DNA of 32,000 nucleotides from Nitrosococcus oceani ATCC 19707. GTDB lineage: Bacteria; Pseudomonadota; Gammaproteobacteria; Nitrosococcales; Nitrosococcaceae. Numbering within the stretch: position 1 is the first letter of the stretch; every line of letters starts with the position of its first letter. Shown here in pieces: positions 1 to 11,780 of this stretch. The stretch spans positions 1,920,001 to 1,952,000 of the forward strand of contig NC_007484.1 in the NCBI RefSeq assembly GCF_000012805.1. The letters run 5' to 3'. A program made the translations under genes and the position numbers. Below the pieces are notes generated by a model. That model had not been told where the DNA came from, did not search any database, and worked only from the letters and a program-made list of their open reading frames with translations.

Positions 1-120
1 ACCGTAACGCTCAAGAGCGCTTAGAAATTCATAACGTAAAAAAGGATTATCGGTTCCCTCCAAGGCATTCCACTGCCCCGAGGCAACGGTTTCAATAGAT
101 TCGGTAACCTTAAATTCCAC
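1..120 (-). CDS. Partial CDS (first 40 codons; the gene runs off the left edge). Probably a COG3146/DUF482-type GNAT-like N-acetyltransferase family protein.
   Basis: Too short in-window to appear in the ORF track. The reverse complement of 1..120 reads GTG-EFKVTESIETVASGQWNALEGTDNPFLRYEFLSALERYG with no stop before the edge. The W-x-AL...NPFLR-x-EFL-x-ALE pattern matches my recollection of this family's N-terminus. An AGGG Shine-Dalgarno-like element sits 5 nt upstream of the GTG at 120..118. Confidence 0.5.
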   Translation of the reverse strand, partial: MEFKVTESIETVASGQWNALEGTDNPFLRYEFLSALERYG

Positions 121-231
121 GACAACCCTATCCCCTATAGATTATTCAAAATTTTACAACCAGGACATTCATTATTTTTTGGCGCTTTTGTGCTATTATT
201 TTAGCAAGTACAGTCATGTAATTAGTTGCCT

Positions 232-657
232 ATGAGATTTTCCAACCGCCCCCGTTACGCCATCAGCGCGATGATGAATTTGGCCTTAGTCAAACAGCAA
301 AAATCAATTACTTTGGGCGATATCGCCCAACTAGACAATATTTCTGTTTCTTATCTAGAACAAATATTTGCCAGCCTGCGCCACCATGGCTTAGTAGAAG
401 GAATACGTGGGCCGGGAGGAGGTTATCATCTTACACGCGCTGCTGAAAAAATTACCATTGCGGAAATTATTGCCGCAGTGGATAAACAACCAGGCAAGCT
501 CAACCCCCTGGCAATTGCCACTAATTCCGTAAGTGAAGCAGAGCGCCTTTGGCATGATTTCAGTATGCGGCTTTACGATTTCCTTAACCAAATCACGCTT
601 GCGGATCTAGCACGACGCTGGCCTCACTCGCACCTCGGAATTAAACATGGATGTTGA
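232..657 (+). CDS. Rrf2-family winged-helix transcriptional regulator
   Basis: The ORF track gives 226..657 with a TTG start. I prefer the ATG at 232 (MRFSNRPRYAISAMMNLA...), which looks like the usual Rrf2 N-terminus. The HTH/wing segment is ITLGDIAQLDNISVSYLEQIFASLRHHGLVEGIRGPGGGYHL. There is no Cys triad in the C-terminal half, so it is probably not an Fe-S-sensing IscR/NsrR type. Confidence 0.85.
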   Translation: MRFSNRPRYAISAMMNLALVKQQKSITLGDIAQLDNISVSYLEQIFASLRHHGLVEGIRGPGGGYHLTRAAEKITIAEIIAAVDKQPGKLNPLAIATNSVSEAERLWHDFSMRLYDFLNQITLADLARRWPHSHLGIKHGC

Positions 658-680
658 ATGCCCCCCAGCGAGTGTGCCTG

Positions 681-706
681 CCTGTGCGTGCCCGCACGCA
701 GACAGG
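681..706 (+). terminator. GC-rich hairpin 24 nt after the Rrf2 stop codon; possible weak terminator.
   Basis: CCTGT-GCGTG-[CCCG]-CACGC-AG-ACAGG forms a two-part stem with a 2-nt bulge. The 3' tail is only aaacttt, not a clean U-run. Confidence 0.3.
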
Positions 707-718
707 CGAAGTGAAACT

Positions 719-755
719 TTGCTGCGAGCGCGAGGGCCAACATTCCTCGCGTTTC
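719..755. repeat. Copy 1 of a short hairpin-containing repeat (TTGCTGCGAGCGCGAGG ... CGCGTTTC)
   Basis: The 17-mer at 719..735 is identical to 29524..29540, and the 8-mer CGCGTTTC at 748..755 is identical to 29549..29556. This copy contains a perfect 7-bp stem, CGCGAGG (729..735) / CCTCGCG (745..751). Confidence 0.5.
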
Positions 756-1033
756 GCCAATAATTGGCGCTATATTTTCCCTGCTGCCAAGAGCGCGACC
801 TACCCTCGGTAGGAGGGGAAATGATGCGCGTGGAGGGTGATACCCAACCGAGGGCCTTGCGCGCTAAGTCGTGGCCAGCCCAAAGCACCCCTTGAAGCGC
901 GAATTCTCCAGGCTGATGAGGTTTTGTAGGAACAAAATCGACATCAGTCATGGCGGAACTCCAACTGGGGAGGTGTCTACCTACCCTCCCTTTAATACCC
1001 TACGCCCAGCTCCCCCTCAGCTATTAGCAAATC

Positions 1034-1651
1034 CTACGAGGAACGCCGAAGCTTGAGTACGAGGCGGGCCAATTCAGTAGGACGCCTGACTTTCATCTTA
1101 GCCATAAGGCGGGCACGGTGGATTTCTACCGTACGGATGCTCACTTCTAATTCAGCAGCAATCACCTTATTGAGCTTTCCTTCGATAACCTTATCCAAAA
1201 CATCCCTTTCCCGCGGTGTCAGGGAAGCTAATCGTTTTTCGATAGTATCCCGTTGAGCGCGCTCGGTCCGTTTAATTTGGTCTAGCTCAATTGCTTCCTG
1301 AATGGATCGCAGCAGGGTCTCAAAATCAAAAGGTTTCAACAAAAAATCCACCGCGCCCTGCTTCACGGCCCGCACTACGGTGGGCACATCCGCTTGTCCC
1401 GTAATGAATATCACAGGAATAGGGATCTGCTCGGAGACCAAATATTCTTGCAGATCCAATCCTGTGCTCTCGGGCATCTGAACATCTAAAATAATACAAC
1501 CCGGTTGATTGGGCTCATAAACTTTAAGGAAAGCTTCAGCAGATTCGCAGACCTTTACGCGATAGCCTACGGACTGAAGCGAGGGACCCAATGAGTTTCT
1601 AACCGTAACGCCATCATCGACGATAAACACCATCGGTTCCCGTGTCGCCAT
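1034..1651 (-). CDS. FixJ/LuxR-family two-component response regulator (REC + LuxR-type HTH)
   Basis: The N-terminal receiver has FIVDDG..., a phospho-Asp context IILDVQMP, and LLKPF. The C-terminal HTH is LTPRERDVLDKVIEGKLNKVIAAELEVSIRTVEIHRARLMAKM. The ATG is at 1651. No sensor kinase is present in the window. Confidence 0.9.
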   Translation of the reverse strand: MATREPMVFIVDDGVTVRNSLGPSLQSVGYRVKVCESAEAFLKVYEPNQPGCIILDVQMPESTGLDLQEYLVSEQIPIPVIFITGQADVPTVVRAVKQGAVDFLLKPFDFETLLRSIQEAIELDQIKRTERAQRDTIEKRLASLTPRERDVLDKVIEGKLNKVIAAELEVSIRTVEIHRARLMAKMKVRRPTELARLVLKLRRSS

Positions 1652-1693
1652 AGTTAAGCTTTCACCGAAGGGTCGCTTTCAATACCTTCCTGT

Positions 1694-3598
1694 CTAGTCC
1701 GCCATTGCCAGAAGCAGGCTGTTTAAGCGTTTAACGAATAAAGCAGGTTCTTCAAGGCGCCCTCCTTCAGCAAGCAAGGCCTGCTCGAATAACAAGTGGG
1801 CCCAGTCACCAAAATTTTCCTCCGACTCCTCCCCTTTGAGACGAGCAATAATGGGATGGGCCGGGTTGAGCTCGAGAATAGGCTGGATATGAGGTGCTTG
1901 CTGGCCTGCCTCCTTTAAAAGACGCTCGAGATAGCCACTCATGTCATGCTGTTCAACCACTAAACAGACCGGAGAATCCGTTAAACGATGGGTTACGCGT
2001 ACTTCTTTAACCTTATCTCCCAGGTTGTTCTTAACTCTCTCAACGAGGTTTTGAAAGTCTTCTTCCACCTCTTTTTGCTGTTGTTTTTCCTGCTCATCCT
2101 CCAAATGACCCAAATCAAGCTCTCCTTTGGTGACCGACTGTAGGGACTTACCTTCAAACTCAGGCAGAGAAGCGACCAACCATTCATCCACTCGATCGGA
2201 TAACAGCAATACTTCAATCCCCTTTTTACGGAACACTTCCAGATGGGGACTACTTTTTGCAGCGGGAAAGCTGTCCGCCGTGATATAGTAGATTTTGTCT
2301 TGCCCTTCTTTCATCCGCGATAGATAATCAGCCAGCGAGACGGTTTGCTCCGCAGTATCATGATGGGTAGAGGCAAAACGCAGCAATCGGGCTATCTGCT
2401 CTCGGTTACCGCTATCCTCCCCCACCCCTTCCTTCATGACTTGCCCAAATTCCTTCCAGAAGCTTTGGTACTTTTTGGCCTCATGCTTCGCCATATCTTC
2501 CAATAAACCTAGAATTTTCTTAACCGAGCCAGCACGAATGCTATCGATCACCCGGTTATTCTGGAGGATTTCACGGGAAATATTCAGGGGCAAATCATTG
2601 GAATCCACGACCCCCCGCACAAAACGGAGATAACGGGGCATAAGCTGCTCGGTGTCGTCCATAATAAAGACCCGTTGCACATAGAGCTTGATACCCTGCG
2701 TTCGATCCCGTTCCCAGAGATCAAATGGCGCCCGAGGTGGAATAAACAGCAGCGAGGTATACTCTAGCTTACCTTCAACGCGGTTATGAGTCCAAGCCAA
2801 GGGGTCCTCGAAATCATGGGCGACGTGTTTGTAGAAGGCTTGATATTCCTCTTCCTTGATGTCGTTTTTAGGCAAAGTCCAAAGGGCGGTGGCTTTATTG
2901 ATTTGCTCCCACTCCTCTCCGTTCTCCTCAGACTTTTCTTCATCCCCGATTTCCCGTTTTATTTCAATGGGTAAATCAATATGATCCGAGTAGCGGGTGA
3001 CAATATGGCGCAAACGCCAGCCATCTAAAAATTCATCTTCCCCTTCCCGCAGATGCAACGTCACTACAGTTCCCCGCGTCGCCTTCTCTATGGTCTCAAT
3101 AGTGTAATCTCCTGCCCCACCCGATTCCCAGCGTACCCCATGTTCCGGGCCAAACCCTGCCCGCCGCGTTTCCAGAACAACCTTGTCAGCAACAATGAAG
3201 GCAGAGTAGAAACCCACGCCAAATTGCCCGATAAGTCGCGCATCCTTAGCCTGATCGCCGGAAAGGCTTTCCAGAAAGGCGCGGGTGCCCGACTTGGCAA
3301 TCGTGCCGATATTCTCCACCACCTCCTGGCGTCCCATACCAATACCATTATCAGCAATAGTAAGGGTGCGCTTGTCTTTGTCATAGCTGAGGCGAATATG
3401 CAGAGCACTGTCGTCCTCATAGAGGGCATCATCCGTCAGGGCCTCAAAACGCAGTTTATCCGCCGCATCGGCCCCATTGGAAATCAACTCCCGCAGGAAA
3501 ATCTCCTTGTTACTGTATAAGGCGTGAATCATGAGGTTGAGCAACTGCTTAACCTCCGTTTGAAAGCCTAGCGTTTCCTTATGGCTTGCAACAGTCAT
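1694..3598 (-). CDS. htpG: Molecular chaperone HtpG (Hsp90 family)
   Basis: Hsp90 motifs are present: [30 protein letters not shown] and [14 protein letters not shown] moved the start from the ORF-track TTG (3643) to the ATG at 3598 ([13 protein letters not shown]...). That ATG is preceded by GGAGGAG and lies downstream of the sigma32-like promoter. Confidence 0.95.
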   Translation of the reverse strand: MTVASHKETLGFQTEVKQLLNLMIHALYSNKEIFLRELISNGADAADKLRFEALTDDALYEDDSALHIRLSYDKDKRTLTIADNGIGMGRQEVVENIGTIAKSGTRAFLESLSGDQAKDARLIGQFGVGFYSAFIVADKVVLETRRAGFGPEHGVRWESGGAGDYTIETIEKATRGTVVTLHLREGEDEFLDGWRLRHIVTRYSDHIDLPIEIKREIGDEEKSEENGEEWEQINKATALWTLPKNDIKEEEYQAFYKHVAHDFEDPLAWTHNRVEGKLEYTSLLFIPPRAPFDLWERDRTQGIKLYVQRVFIMDDTEQLMPRYLRFVRGVVDSNDLPLNISREILQNNRVIDSIRAGSVKKILGLLEDMAKHEAKKYQSFWKEFGQVMKEGVGEDSGNREQIARLLRFASTHHDTAEQTVSLADYLSRMKEGQDKIYYITADSFPAAKSSPHLEVFRKKGIEVLLLSDRVDEWLVASLPEFEGKSLQSVTKGELDLGHLEDEQEKQQQKEVEEDFQNLVERVKNNLGDKVKEVRVTHRLTDSPVCLVVEQHDMSGYLERLLKEAGQQAPHIQPILELNPAHPIIARLKGEESEENFGDWAHLLFEQALLAEGGRLEEPALFVKRLNSLLLAMAD

Positions 3599-3650
3599 AG
3601 TATTGGGATCTCCTCCATATGATGTAAACTGAGTGAATACCAATCAGTTT

Positions 3651-3680
3651 ACATAAGGGCAATCCTCATAGAATCAAGGG
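3651..3680 (-). promoter_or_regulatory. Sigma32 (heat-shock)-like promoter for htpG
   Basis: The minus strand reads CCCTTGAT-N13-CCCTTATGT, compared with the E. coli-type consensus CCCTTGAA-N13-15-CCCCATNT. Position is appropriate, with the -10 about 50 nt upstream of the ATG at 3598. The -10 match is imperfect. Confidence 0.45.
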
Positions 3681-3708
3681 CTAAATTTAAAACACCCCTT
3701 ATGATTGA

Positions 3709-5400
<1,692 letters not shown>

Positions 5401-5440
5401 AATCCCTAAAGGCAATTTCTAAAGTCAAAAAAAGCATCCC

Positions 5441-6040
5441 ATGAACCTTCCTTCCCCCGCTCCGCCGACCCTCGTACTCGCCTCCAGTTCCCCTTACCGG
5501 GCAGAGTTATTAGCGCGCCTGGGATTGCCTTTTGAAATCTGCGCTCCCGATATTGATGAAACTCCTCTTCCCCAGGAGCAACCCGAAGGATTAGTTGCTC
5601 GCCTCGCAGAGACAAAAGCACGGGTCGTGGGCGCTAAATCTCCTAATGCCTTGGTGATTGGTTCCGATCAAGTGGCGGTTCTGGGACAGCAGATTCTGGG
5701 AAAGCCAAAAACCCACGAACGAGCTCTACAACAATTGCGGGCCGCTTCGGGCCAGACAGTATTTTTTTATACTGGACTTTGTCTCGTTAACACCCTTATG
5801 GGTGAAGCCAAAACCGTCGTCGAACCCTTCCAGGTCCAATTTCGCCAGCTCACGGAACAACAAATAGACAACTACCTTCAACGGGAGCAACCTTATCAAT
5901 GCGCCGGTAGTTTCCGCTCCGAAGGATTAGGGATTGCCCTCATCCAACACCTCCAAGGGGACGATCCCAATGCCTTGGTTGGCCTCCCCCTCATCCGTTT
6001 AACCGAGCTGCTGGAACAGGCCGGCTATCCAGTTTTATAG
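5441..6040 (+). CDS. maf: Maf-family nucleoside triphosphate pyrophosphatase (YceF-like)
   Basis: LVLASSSPYRAELLARLGLPFEICAPDIDE, VIGSDQV and CAGSFRSEGLG are typical Maf motifs; length is 199 aa. Confidence 0.88.
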   Translation: MNLPSPAPPTLVLASSSPYRAELLARLGLPFEICAPDIDETPLPQEQPEGLVARLAETKARVVGAKSPNALVIGSDQVAVLGQQILGKPKTHERALQQLRAASGQTVFFYTGLCLVNTLMGEAKTVVEPFQVQFRQLTEQQIDNYLQREQPYQCAGSFRSEGLGIALIQHLQGDDPNALVGLPLIRLTELLEQAGYPVL

Positions 6041-6052
6041 CTATAATCTACG

Positions 6053-6847
6053 CTATTGGGCCTTCAGCCAATACCGAGTCAGAGCAAGGTAGTCCTCCAA
6101 ACTGATCGTCTCCGGCCGTTGCCGGGGGTCAATTCCCAGGGCTATTAGCTCTGCTGAACTCAAGAGACCTTTGAGTGCGTTTGCCAAAGTCTTACGGCGT
6201 TGGGAAAAGGCCTGGGAGACCACCCGATTAAGGGCCCCATGGGAAATATTTGGCGCCAGGGAAGGTCGATGGGGTATCAACCGCACCACCATCGAATCCA
6301 CTTTCGGCGGCGGCACAAAAGCGCCGGATTTTACCGTAAATAAAGGCTCAACTTCACAATAAAATTGCACCATTACACTCAAACGACCGTAATCCTTGCC
6401 TCCAGGTTTGGCGGCCAACCGGGTAACAACTTCCCGTTGCAGCATAAAGTGCATATCCTCCAAGATGCCAATCTGACCCAGCAAATGGAACAACAGGGGC
6501 GTGGAGATATTATAGGGTAAATTGCCCACTACTCGCAGTCGCCGATTTTCATGGGCAAGGGTACGAAAATCAAAGGTTAAGCTGTCCACATTATGCAGGC
6601 GTAAATTCCCTTCCGAGGCGCATCTTTCGACCAGGTAAGCCGCCAAATCCCGATCTAATTCAATCGCCTCAAGATGTCCAAGGCAATGCAGCAAAGGAAG
6701 AGTCAAGGCTCCCTGGCCAGGGCCAATTTCCACCATCAAATCGTTCAGCTGGGGATTAATCGCCCTAAGCAAGCGTTCAATGACCCCTTTATCATGGAGA
6801 AAATGCTGCCCAAATCGCTTGCGCGCTCGATGGCCCAAGGTATTCAC
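6053..6847 (-). CDS. rsmA: 16S rRNA (adenine1518/1519-N6)-dimethyltransferase RsmA/KsgA
   Basis: [14 protein letters not shown] motif [11 protein letters not shown], and NLPYNISTP. The GTG start at 6847 overlaps the pdxA stop (GTGA), the classical position downstream of pdxA. Confidence 0.95.
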   Translation of the reverse strand: MNTLGHRARKRFGQHFLHDKGVIERLLRAINPQLNDLMVEIGPGQGALTLPLLHCLGHLEAIELDRDLAAYLVERCASEGNLRLHNVDSLTFDFRTLAHENRRLRVVGNLPYNISTPLLFHLLGQIGILEDMHFMLQREVVTRLAAKPGGKDYGRLSVMVQFYCEVEPLFTVKSGAFVPPPKVDSMVVRLIPHRPSLAPNISHGALNRVVSQAFSQRRKTLANALKGLLSSAELIALGIDPRQRPETISLEDYLALTRYWLKAQ

Positions 6848-7839
6848 TTTGAAAGTTGCTCTCTCTCCGCCATCGCTAGTGCCGCCTCCACAGCCGCTTC
6901 CAAGCTGCCGCTTCCTACCGGGCCCTTGCCGGCAAGATCCAAAGCGGTGCCATGGTCCACTGAGGTGCGAATAATAGGCAGCCCCAAGGTAATATTCACC
7001 GCTCGCCCAAAACCTACATGCTTGAGCACGGGCAGCCCCTGATCATGGTACATGGCGAGCACTGCATCCGCTTCTTTCAGGTAACGGGGCACAAACAAGG
7101 TATCCGCCGGCAAGGGTCCGAATAATTGCATTCCCTGAGCCCGGAGGGTTGCTATGACCGGCTCGATGATCTCGATTTCCTCACGCCCCAAATGCCCCCC
7201 CTCTCCCGCATGGGGATTCAAGCCGCAGACTAAAATACGCGGCCTGGAAATTCCAAAGCGCTGCCTCAAATCCCGGTGCAGTATCCGCAGCGTCCCCTCC
7301 AGTCCTCGGCGGGTAATCGCGGCACTCACCTCACGCAAGGGTAAATGAGTGGTGGCTAACGCTACCCGCAGTCCAGGCGCGGTCAACATCATCACTACTT
7401 GAGAGCGGTTGCACAGCTGGGCTAAAAATTCAGTATGACCACTAAAGGAGATGCCTGCCTGATTGATAATCCCTTTGTGAACGGGACCGGTGACCAAAGC
7501 GGAAAACTCTCCTTGTAAGCAGCCTGCTACACTGCGCCGCAAACATGCTAAAACATACGCCGCATTCCCCGGAGACAAACACCCCGTGGTAACAGGGACG
7601 GGAGCCCTTAATGGTAGAACCTTCAATGTTCCGGATACCCCTGGCTCCGGCGGCTGAGCAGGATCATAGGACTCAACTATCAGGGCTAACCCCCGCTGCC
7701 GTGCCCGTTGGCGTAGAATTTCTGGATCGGCCACCACGACCAAATCATATTCCCGCCGCTGGCAGGCCAATTGGATCGAGATATCCGGGCCAATGCCAGC
7801 AGGTTCGCCAGGAGTGAGGGCCAATCGCAGGCAAGCCAT
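6844..7839 (-). CDS. pdxA: 4-hydroxythreonine-4-phosphate dehydrogenase PdxA
   Basis: [48 protein letters not shown]; synteny surA-pdxA-rsmA. Confidence 0.95.
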   Translation of the reverse strand: MACLRLALTPGEPAGIGPDISIQLACQRREYDLVVVADPEILRQRARQRGLALIVESYDPAQPPEPGVSGTLKVLPLRAPVPVTTGCLSPGNAAYVLACLRRSVAGCLQGEFSALVTGPVHKGIINQAGISFSGHTEFLAQLCNRSQVVMMLTAPGLRVALATTHLPLREVSAAITRRGLEGTLRILHRDLRQRFGISRPRILVCGLNPHAGEGGHLGREEIEIIEPVIATLRAQGMQLFGPLPADTLFVPRYLKEADAVLAMYHDQGLPVLKHVGFGRAVNITLGLPIIRTSVDHGTALDLAGKGPVGSGSLEAAVEAALAMAEREQLSK

Positions 7840-7857
7840 AATGAATTACCGCCTCCT

Positions 7858-9138
7858 TCAGTTATCCAAACGATACTCCACATAGGCTTCATCTCGAAGC
7901 TGGCGGAGCCAATTCTCCAGTTCTTCTTCCACCTTACGTTGGCGAATTTCCATCTTCGCCCGATTACGGTTAAATTCCTCAGTCATATTTTCTTGCCGCC
8001 GATCTAAAACTTGCACCACATGCCAGCCAAACTGGGTTTTAAAGGGTTCACTGATTTCCCCCGGTTCAAGGGAGCGCATCGCTTCTTCAAAACGGGGGAT
8101 CATCTGACCTGGACTGACCCAACCAAGATCGCCGCCTTTTAAGGCGCTGGCTTTGTCATCGGAATGGGCCTGCGCCAATTCAGAAAAATCATCCCCGCTT
8201 AAAATTCGCTGGCGGAGCTGGCTGAGCCGGAGCTGCACCTCCCGCTCACTGGCCAGCTCATCGGCGCGAAGCAGAATATGGCGGGCCTGAGTCTGGGTAA
8301 CGAGCTGTTGTTGCCCTTCGCCCCGATAATCCAGAAGTTTTACGATATGAAAACCGCTGGGACTGCGAATCAATTTACTTATATCGCCTGCTTGGAGCTG
8401 GGGAACCACATCAACGAACAAAGTGGGAAGCTGTCCCATTTTGCGCCAGCCCAGATCACCTCCCTCTAACGCTTGTTGCCCATCAGAGTAAGTGACTGCC
8501 ACCTTCTGGAAATCCGCTCCTTCCCGTAACTGCTGTAATACCTGCTCAGCCTTAGCCTTGGCCGCTTGAACCTGCTCCGGCGAAGCAGCTTCAGGCACCG
8601 TAATCAAAATATGGGCTAAATGATATTGAGCGTCTTGGTTACCCCGCTTTTTCTGGTTTGTTAAAAAATTATCGATCTCCGCCTTGCTCACGCTCACCCG
8701 GTCATTCACCTCCCGCTTATGGAGTTGAGAGATAATCAACTCTTTGCGGATATTCTCGCGAAAGGCAGGAAAATCATAGCCATCTTGCTCTAAGACATTG
8801 CGAAATTGGCTCAACGTAAGTCCATTATCCTGAGCAATCCGGCCTAAGGCTTCATTGAGGGTTTCATCACCCACTTGAATACCCGTACGGGCAGCTAATT
8901 GCAGTTGCAGCTGTTCCATTACCAGCCGTTCCAATACCTGCCGCTCTAGCACATAGCCTGGAGGAAGTGACGTTCCCTGGGCCGCCAATTGGTCCTGAAC
9001 AGTACGGACCATCTGCTCTAATTCGCTCTCCAGCACTATATCCTCGTTCACTACCGCCACGATACGATCAAGGTTAATAGCCGCAAAACTCCCAATAGGC
9101 CAGAATAGGACAAAAATAGTGACCAACACTCTTCCCAT
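7858..9138 (-). CDS. surA: Periplasmic chaperone / peptidyl-prolyl isomerase SurA
   Basis: Signal peptide MGRVLVTIFVLFWPIGSFAA, an N-terminal SurA domain, and two parvulin-like repeats (HILI...GGDLGW; HILL...GGDLGW...FGWH). The gene sits between lptD and pdxA. Confidence 0.93.
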   Translation of the reverse strand: MGRVLVTIFVLFWPIGSFAAINLDRIVAVVNEDIVLESELEQMVRTVQDQLAAQGTSLPPGYVLERQVLERLVMEQLQLQLAARTGIQVGDETLNEALGRIAQDNGLTLSQFRNVLEQDGYDFPAFRENIRKELIISQLHKREVNDRVSVSKAEIDNFLTNQKKRGNQDAQYHLAHILITVPEAASPEQVQAAKAKAEQVLQQLREGADFQKVAVTYSDGQQALEGGDLGWRKMGQLPTLFVDVVPQLQAGDISKLIRSPSGFHIVKLLDYRGEGQQQLVTQTQARHILLRADELASEREVQLRLSQLRQRILSGDDFSELAQAHSDDKASALKGGDLGWVSPGQMIPRFEEAMRSLEPGEISEPFKTQFGWHVVQVLDRRQENMTEEFNRNRAKMEIRQRKVEEELENWLRQLRDEAYVEYRLDN

Positions 9139-9218
9139 GGCTACTCCATCAGCTCCATAATAAAATTAACAATCAGGATAAAAATTTTAATCATCATCAT
9201 TACATATTCATCGGCAAG

Positions 9219-11435
9219 TTAGAACGGCTGCCCATAGCCCAATACCGAGCGCTCCAGCAACCTTTCCACGTTCTGGCCCAAATTACCTAATCCTTTTAAC
9301 TCCAATTGGACCAATACCGAATTATTCCTGTCTCCCTCGATATTGGTAATATAGCTACGACCCACCAAGCGTATTGCCCAGCAACAACTGTCATATTCCA
9401 CCCCTCCCAGGAGTTCAAGGAGGCGGCCATCGGCGATTGACTGGTACCAACGCCCCACCACACTCCAGTTATCGGCAATTGGATAGCGGCCAGAGACATT
9501 GAGTTGTTCTAGAAAATTCCGGCGGAAACGGTAATTGATATTTAGCAGACCGCCCTCATCACCACGGTAGTGCAACTCAGCCGCGCCTAAATCAGTTTGT
9601 TTTTTATGGGGATCGAAACGCAATTCGCCTCGCAGGGACCACTCCCGTGCCAGTCGTGCAGCGACTTCAGCAATAACCAGCGAGCTTGAATCCGTCTCCT
9701 TGGCGGCACCAGGCATCGTAACCCTGCGATCACGAAAAAACTGAATCTGGCCAATAGATGCACGAAGCAGCTCTGCTCCCGTATCGGACTGAAGCAAACG
9801 GGTCGTTACCGCCAGCGTGAGCTGATTGGCATCGTTAAGACGATCGGCACCTGTAAAACGGTTGGGTTGGAAAAGCCGGCTGAAATAAAAATCCAGCGGG
9901 GCGCTATCAAACACTGGAAAAGCCGATTGGTCTTCAAAAGGGACATACAGATAGTAAGCGCGCGGTTCCAGCGTTTGGCGCAAATCACTTCCCCACAAAG
10001 TCAGTGAACGCTCGAATATAGCCCCTGTATCCATACTAACAATAGGCAAGGTACGGCTTAATGTACTGTCCGTGCCTGGAGGAGCATCCTCTAGAAAATA
10101 ACGGGTATCCCGCACGCCGATACTAGGGGTAAAGAAAGTACCTGGAGTCCGAAAAGGTAAACTCACGGTCGGCCAAAAGTCTAAACGTACGCCTCCCGTG
10201 GGCGGGGCGGCATCCCGATCAAAACGTACCACTTCCCCGTGAAAATCTACATCCAGTCCTAAAAACCGATCCGGGAAAAATCCATCCACCAAGAACTGAG
10301 GCAAACGCTGGTAGGGTCGAGCAAAAGCAGGAATGCTCCGATCAATGGTTTGAAATCCCTGAAAACGCCCTAGGGCATTCCAGCCGTTACCTTGGTAGCC
10401 TATATCCAAGGAATTATTTAAGACAGTGGTGCTCGCGATACTTAGGCTATTACCAAAATCCTCAAAATATCTATCATCGGAAACAAGATTGAGATCAAGG
10501 TTAGTAAACCAGCGTGGCCGGGGGCTGCCACTATGACGATAGGAAAAAGCGCCGCGATAGTCGTCTCTTTTCGCATCATGGGGCAAAAAAGACCCCCTTA
10601 TTCGGCCAAAATTACTAGGATTGAGATAACGCACTTCTCCTTCCATCATGGGGCCTCTATCGGAGAGATAACGTGGCGTAATGGTAGCATCCATATTAGG
10701 GGCAATATTCCAATAATAGGGAGTGCTAATACCTATACCTGAATTACTGGAGCTTCCGCCTGAAGGGACAAGAAAACCGGATTTACGCCGATTATCGATA
10801 GGAAAACGCAGAAAAGGGACATAGAACACCGTCGTATCCCAGAGTCTAAGGCGGGCACCGCGGGCCCAGCCCACGCCTTCCTTATGATCCAAACTCACCC
10901 GATCCGCCTTCAATTGCCAAGCATTATCCCCAATATCACAAGTTGTAAAGGTGGCGTCTCGCAATTCGGTCTTAACCGAGCCCTCCCGTTCCACCGCTCC
11001 CGCCTCTCCACGGGCATGGTAATCCCGCAGAAAATAACGAGCATTTTCCGCCTCACCAATATCCGCCTCCAAATTTACTTTAGCGGAATCACTAATAACA
11101 TCCATTGTGGCGTCCTGATAGCGCACATCGCCAAAAGCTTCCACGGTATCATTCGGCTTGTCATAAAGCACTTCATCAGCGTCTAGCCACTGTCCCCGGC
11201 GTCTAAATTTGACCTCGCCGCTAAAAACAGAGACCCCATTTTTTTCGGATTCAACTCGATCAGCCTCAACATTCACCGGACCCCTAGGCTCAGGGTCCAG
11301 CAACTCCTCCGAAGCTGGCTCGACAAACGCTCCACATTTCTCCCATTGGGGTATCTGTGCCCGAGCTATAGAGACTAACCCTAGCAGGAGGAAAAAAAGC
11401 CCCGCGAGTAAGATATTGTTTCTTTTATGTTCCAC
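9219..11435 (-). CDS. lptD: LPS-assembly outer-membrane protein LptD (Imp/OstA)
   Basis: 738 aa with a signal peptide (LLAGLFFLLLGLVSIARA), an OstA-like N-terminal domain, and a long beta-barrel-type C-terminus rich in aromatic/Gly alternation. It lies immediately upstream of surA. Confidence 0.92.
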   Translation of the reverse strand: MEHKRNNILLAGLFFLLLGLVSIARAQIPQWEKCGAFVEPASEELLDPEPRGPVNVEADRVESEKNGVSVFSGEVKFRRRGQWLDADEVLYDKPNDTVEAFGDVRYQDATMDVISDSAKVNLEADIGEAENARYFLRDYHARGEAGAVEREGSVKTELRDATFTTCDIGDNAWQLKADRVSLDHKEGVGWARGARLRLWDTTVFYVPFLRFPIDNRRKSGFLVPSGGSSSNSGIGISTPYYWNIAPNMDATITPRYLSDRGPMMEGEVRYLNPSNFGRIRGSFLPHDAKRDDYRGAFSYRHSGSPRPRWFTNLDLNLVSDDRYFEDFGNSLSIASTTVLNNSLDIGYQGNGWNALGRFQGFQTIDRSIPAFARPYQRLPQFLVDGFFPDRFLGLDVDFHGEVVRFDRDAAPPTGGVRLDFWPTVSLPFRTPGTFFTPSIGVRDTRYFLEDAPPGTDSTLSRTLPIVSMDTGAIFERSLTLWGSDLRQTLEPRAYYLYVPFEDQSAFPVFDSAPLDFYFSRLFQPNRFTGADRLNDANQLTLAVTTRLLQSDTGAELLRASIGQIQFFRDRRVTMPGAAKETDSSSLVIAEVAARLAREWSLRGELRFDPHKKQTDLGAAELHYRGDEGGLLNINYRFRRNFLEQLNVSGRYPIADNWSVVGRWYQSIADGRLLELLGGVEYDSCCWAIRLVGRSYITNIEGDRNNSVLVQLELKGLGNLGQNVERLLERSVLGYGQPF

Positions 11436-11609
11436 ACTGTATGCGTACTATTTTAATGCGCGTAAAAATCGCACAGAATACCCTGATCTTCAGAATTTAT
11501 TAACAAATTACATGAAATTCTCAGTCTATGGCAGTGGTACCCCAACAAAAATCAGCACCCACCCCCTCAGACTTACCGGAAGTACCTTGCGTTTAAATAT
11601 AAAGAGGTC

Positions 11610-11638
11610 TTGACATATTGCCGCCAAACTCGTAAAGT
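11610..11638 (+). promoter_or_regulatory. Sigma70-type promoter of the tRNA-Ala/tRNA-Glu unit
   Basis: TTGACA (11610..11615), a 17-nt spacer, then TAAAGT (11633..11638). A GC-rich GCGCG discriminator follows, as in stringently controlled stable-RNA promoters. The tRNA starts at 11655. Confidence 0.6.
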
Positions 11639-11654
11639 GCGCGTTTCTTTTGCA

Positions 11655-11730
<76 letters not shown>

Positions 11731-11780
11731 GGTACCCGGTGCATCAAGGTGTACTACAAACCCAGATAGCAATAGAAACT

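Noticed and set aside
607-951. 114-aa minus-strand ORF (and the 871..1056 plus-strand ORF) in the Rrf2/response-regulator spacer
   Set aside because: The composition is Arg/Ser/Pro/Gly-rich and non-protein-like, it overlaps the 3' end of the Rrf2 gene, it has no RBS, and it carries no recognisable motif. It is most likely an artefact of the GC-rich spacer.
3053-3520. Long ORFs antisense to or out of frame within htpG (3053..3520 plus, 3088..3432 minus, 1993..2217, 2436..2633, 2786..2974)
   Set aside because: They lie entirely inside a very confidently called, highly conserved gene and have no motifs. They are typical shadow ORFs.
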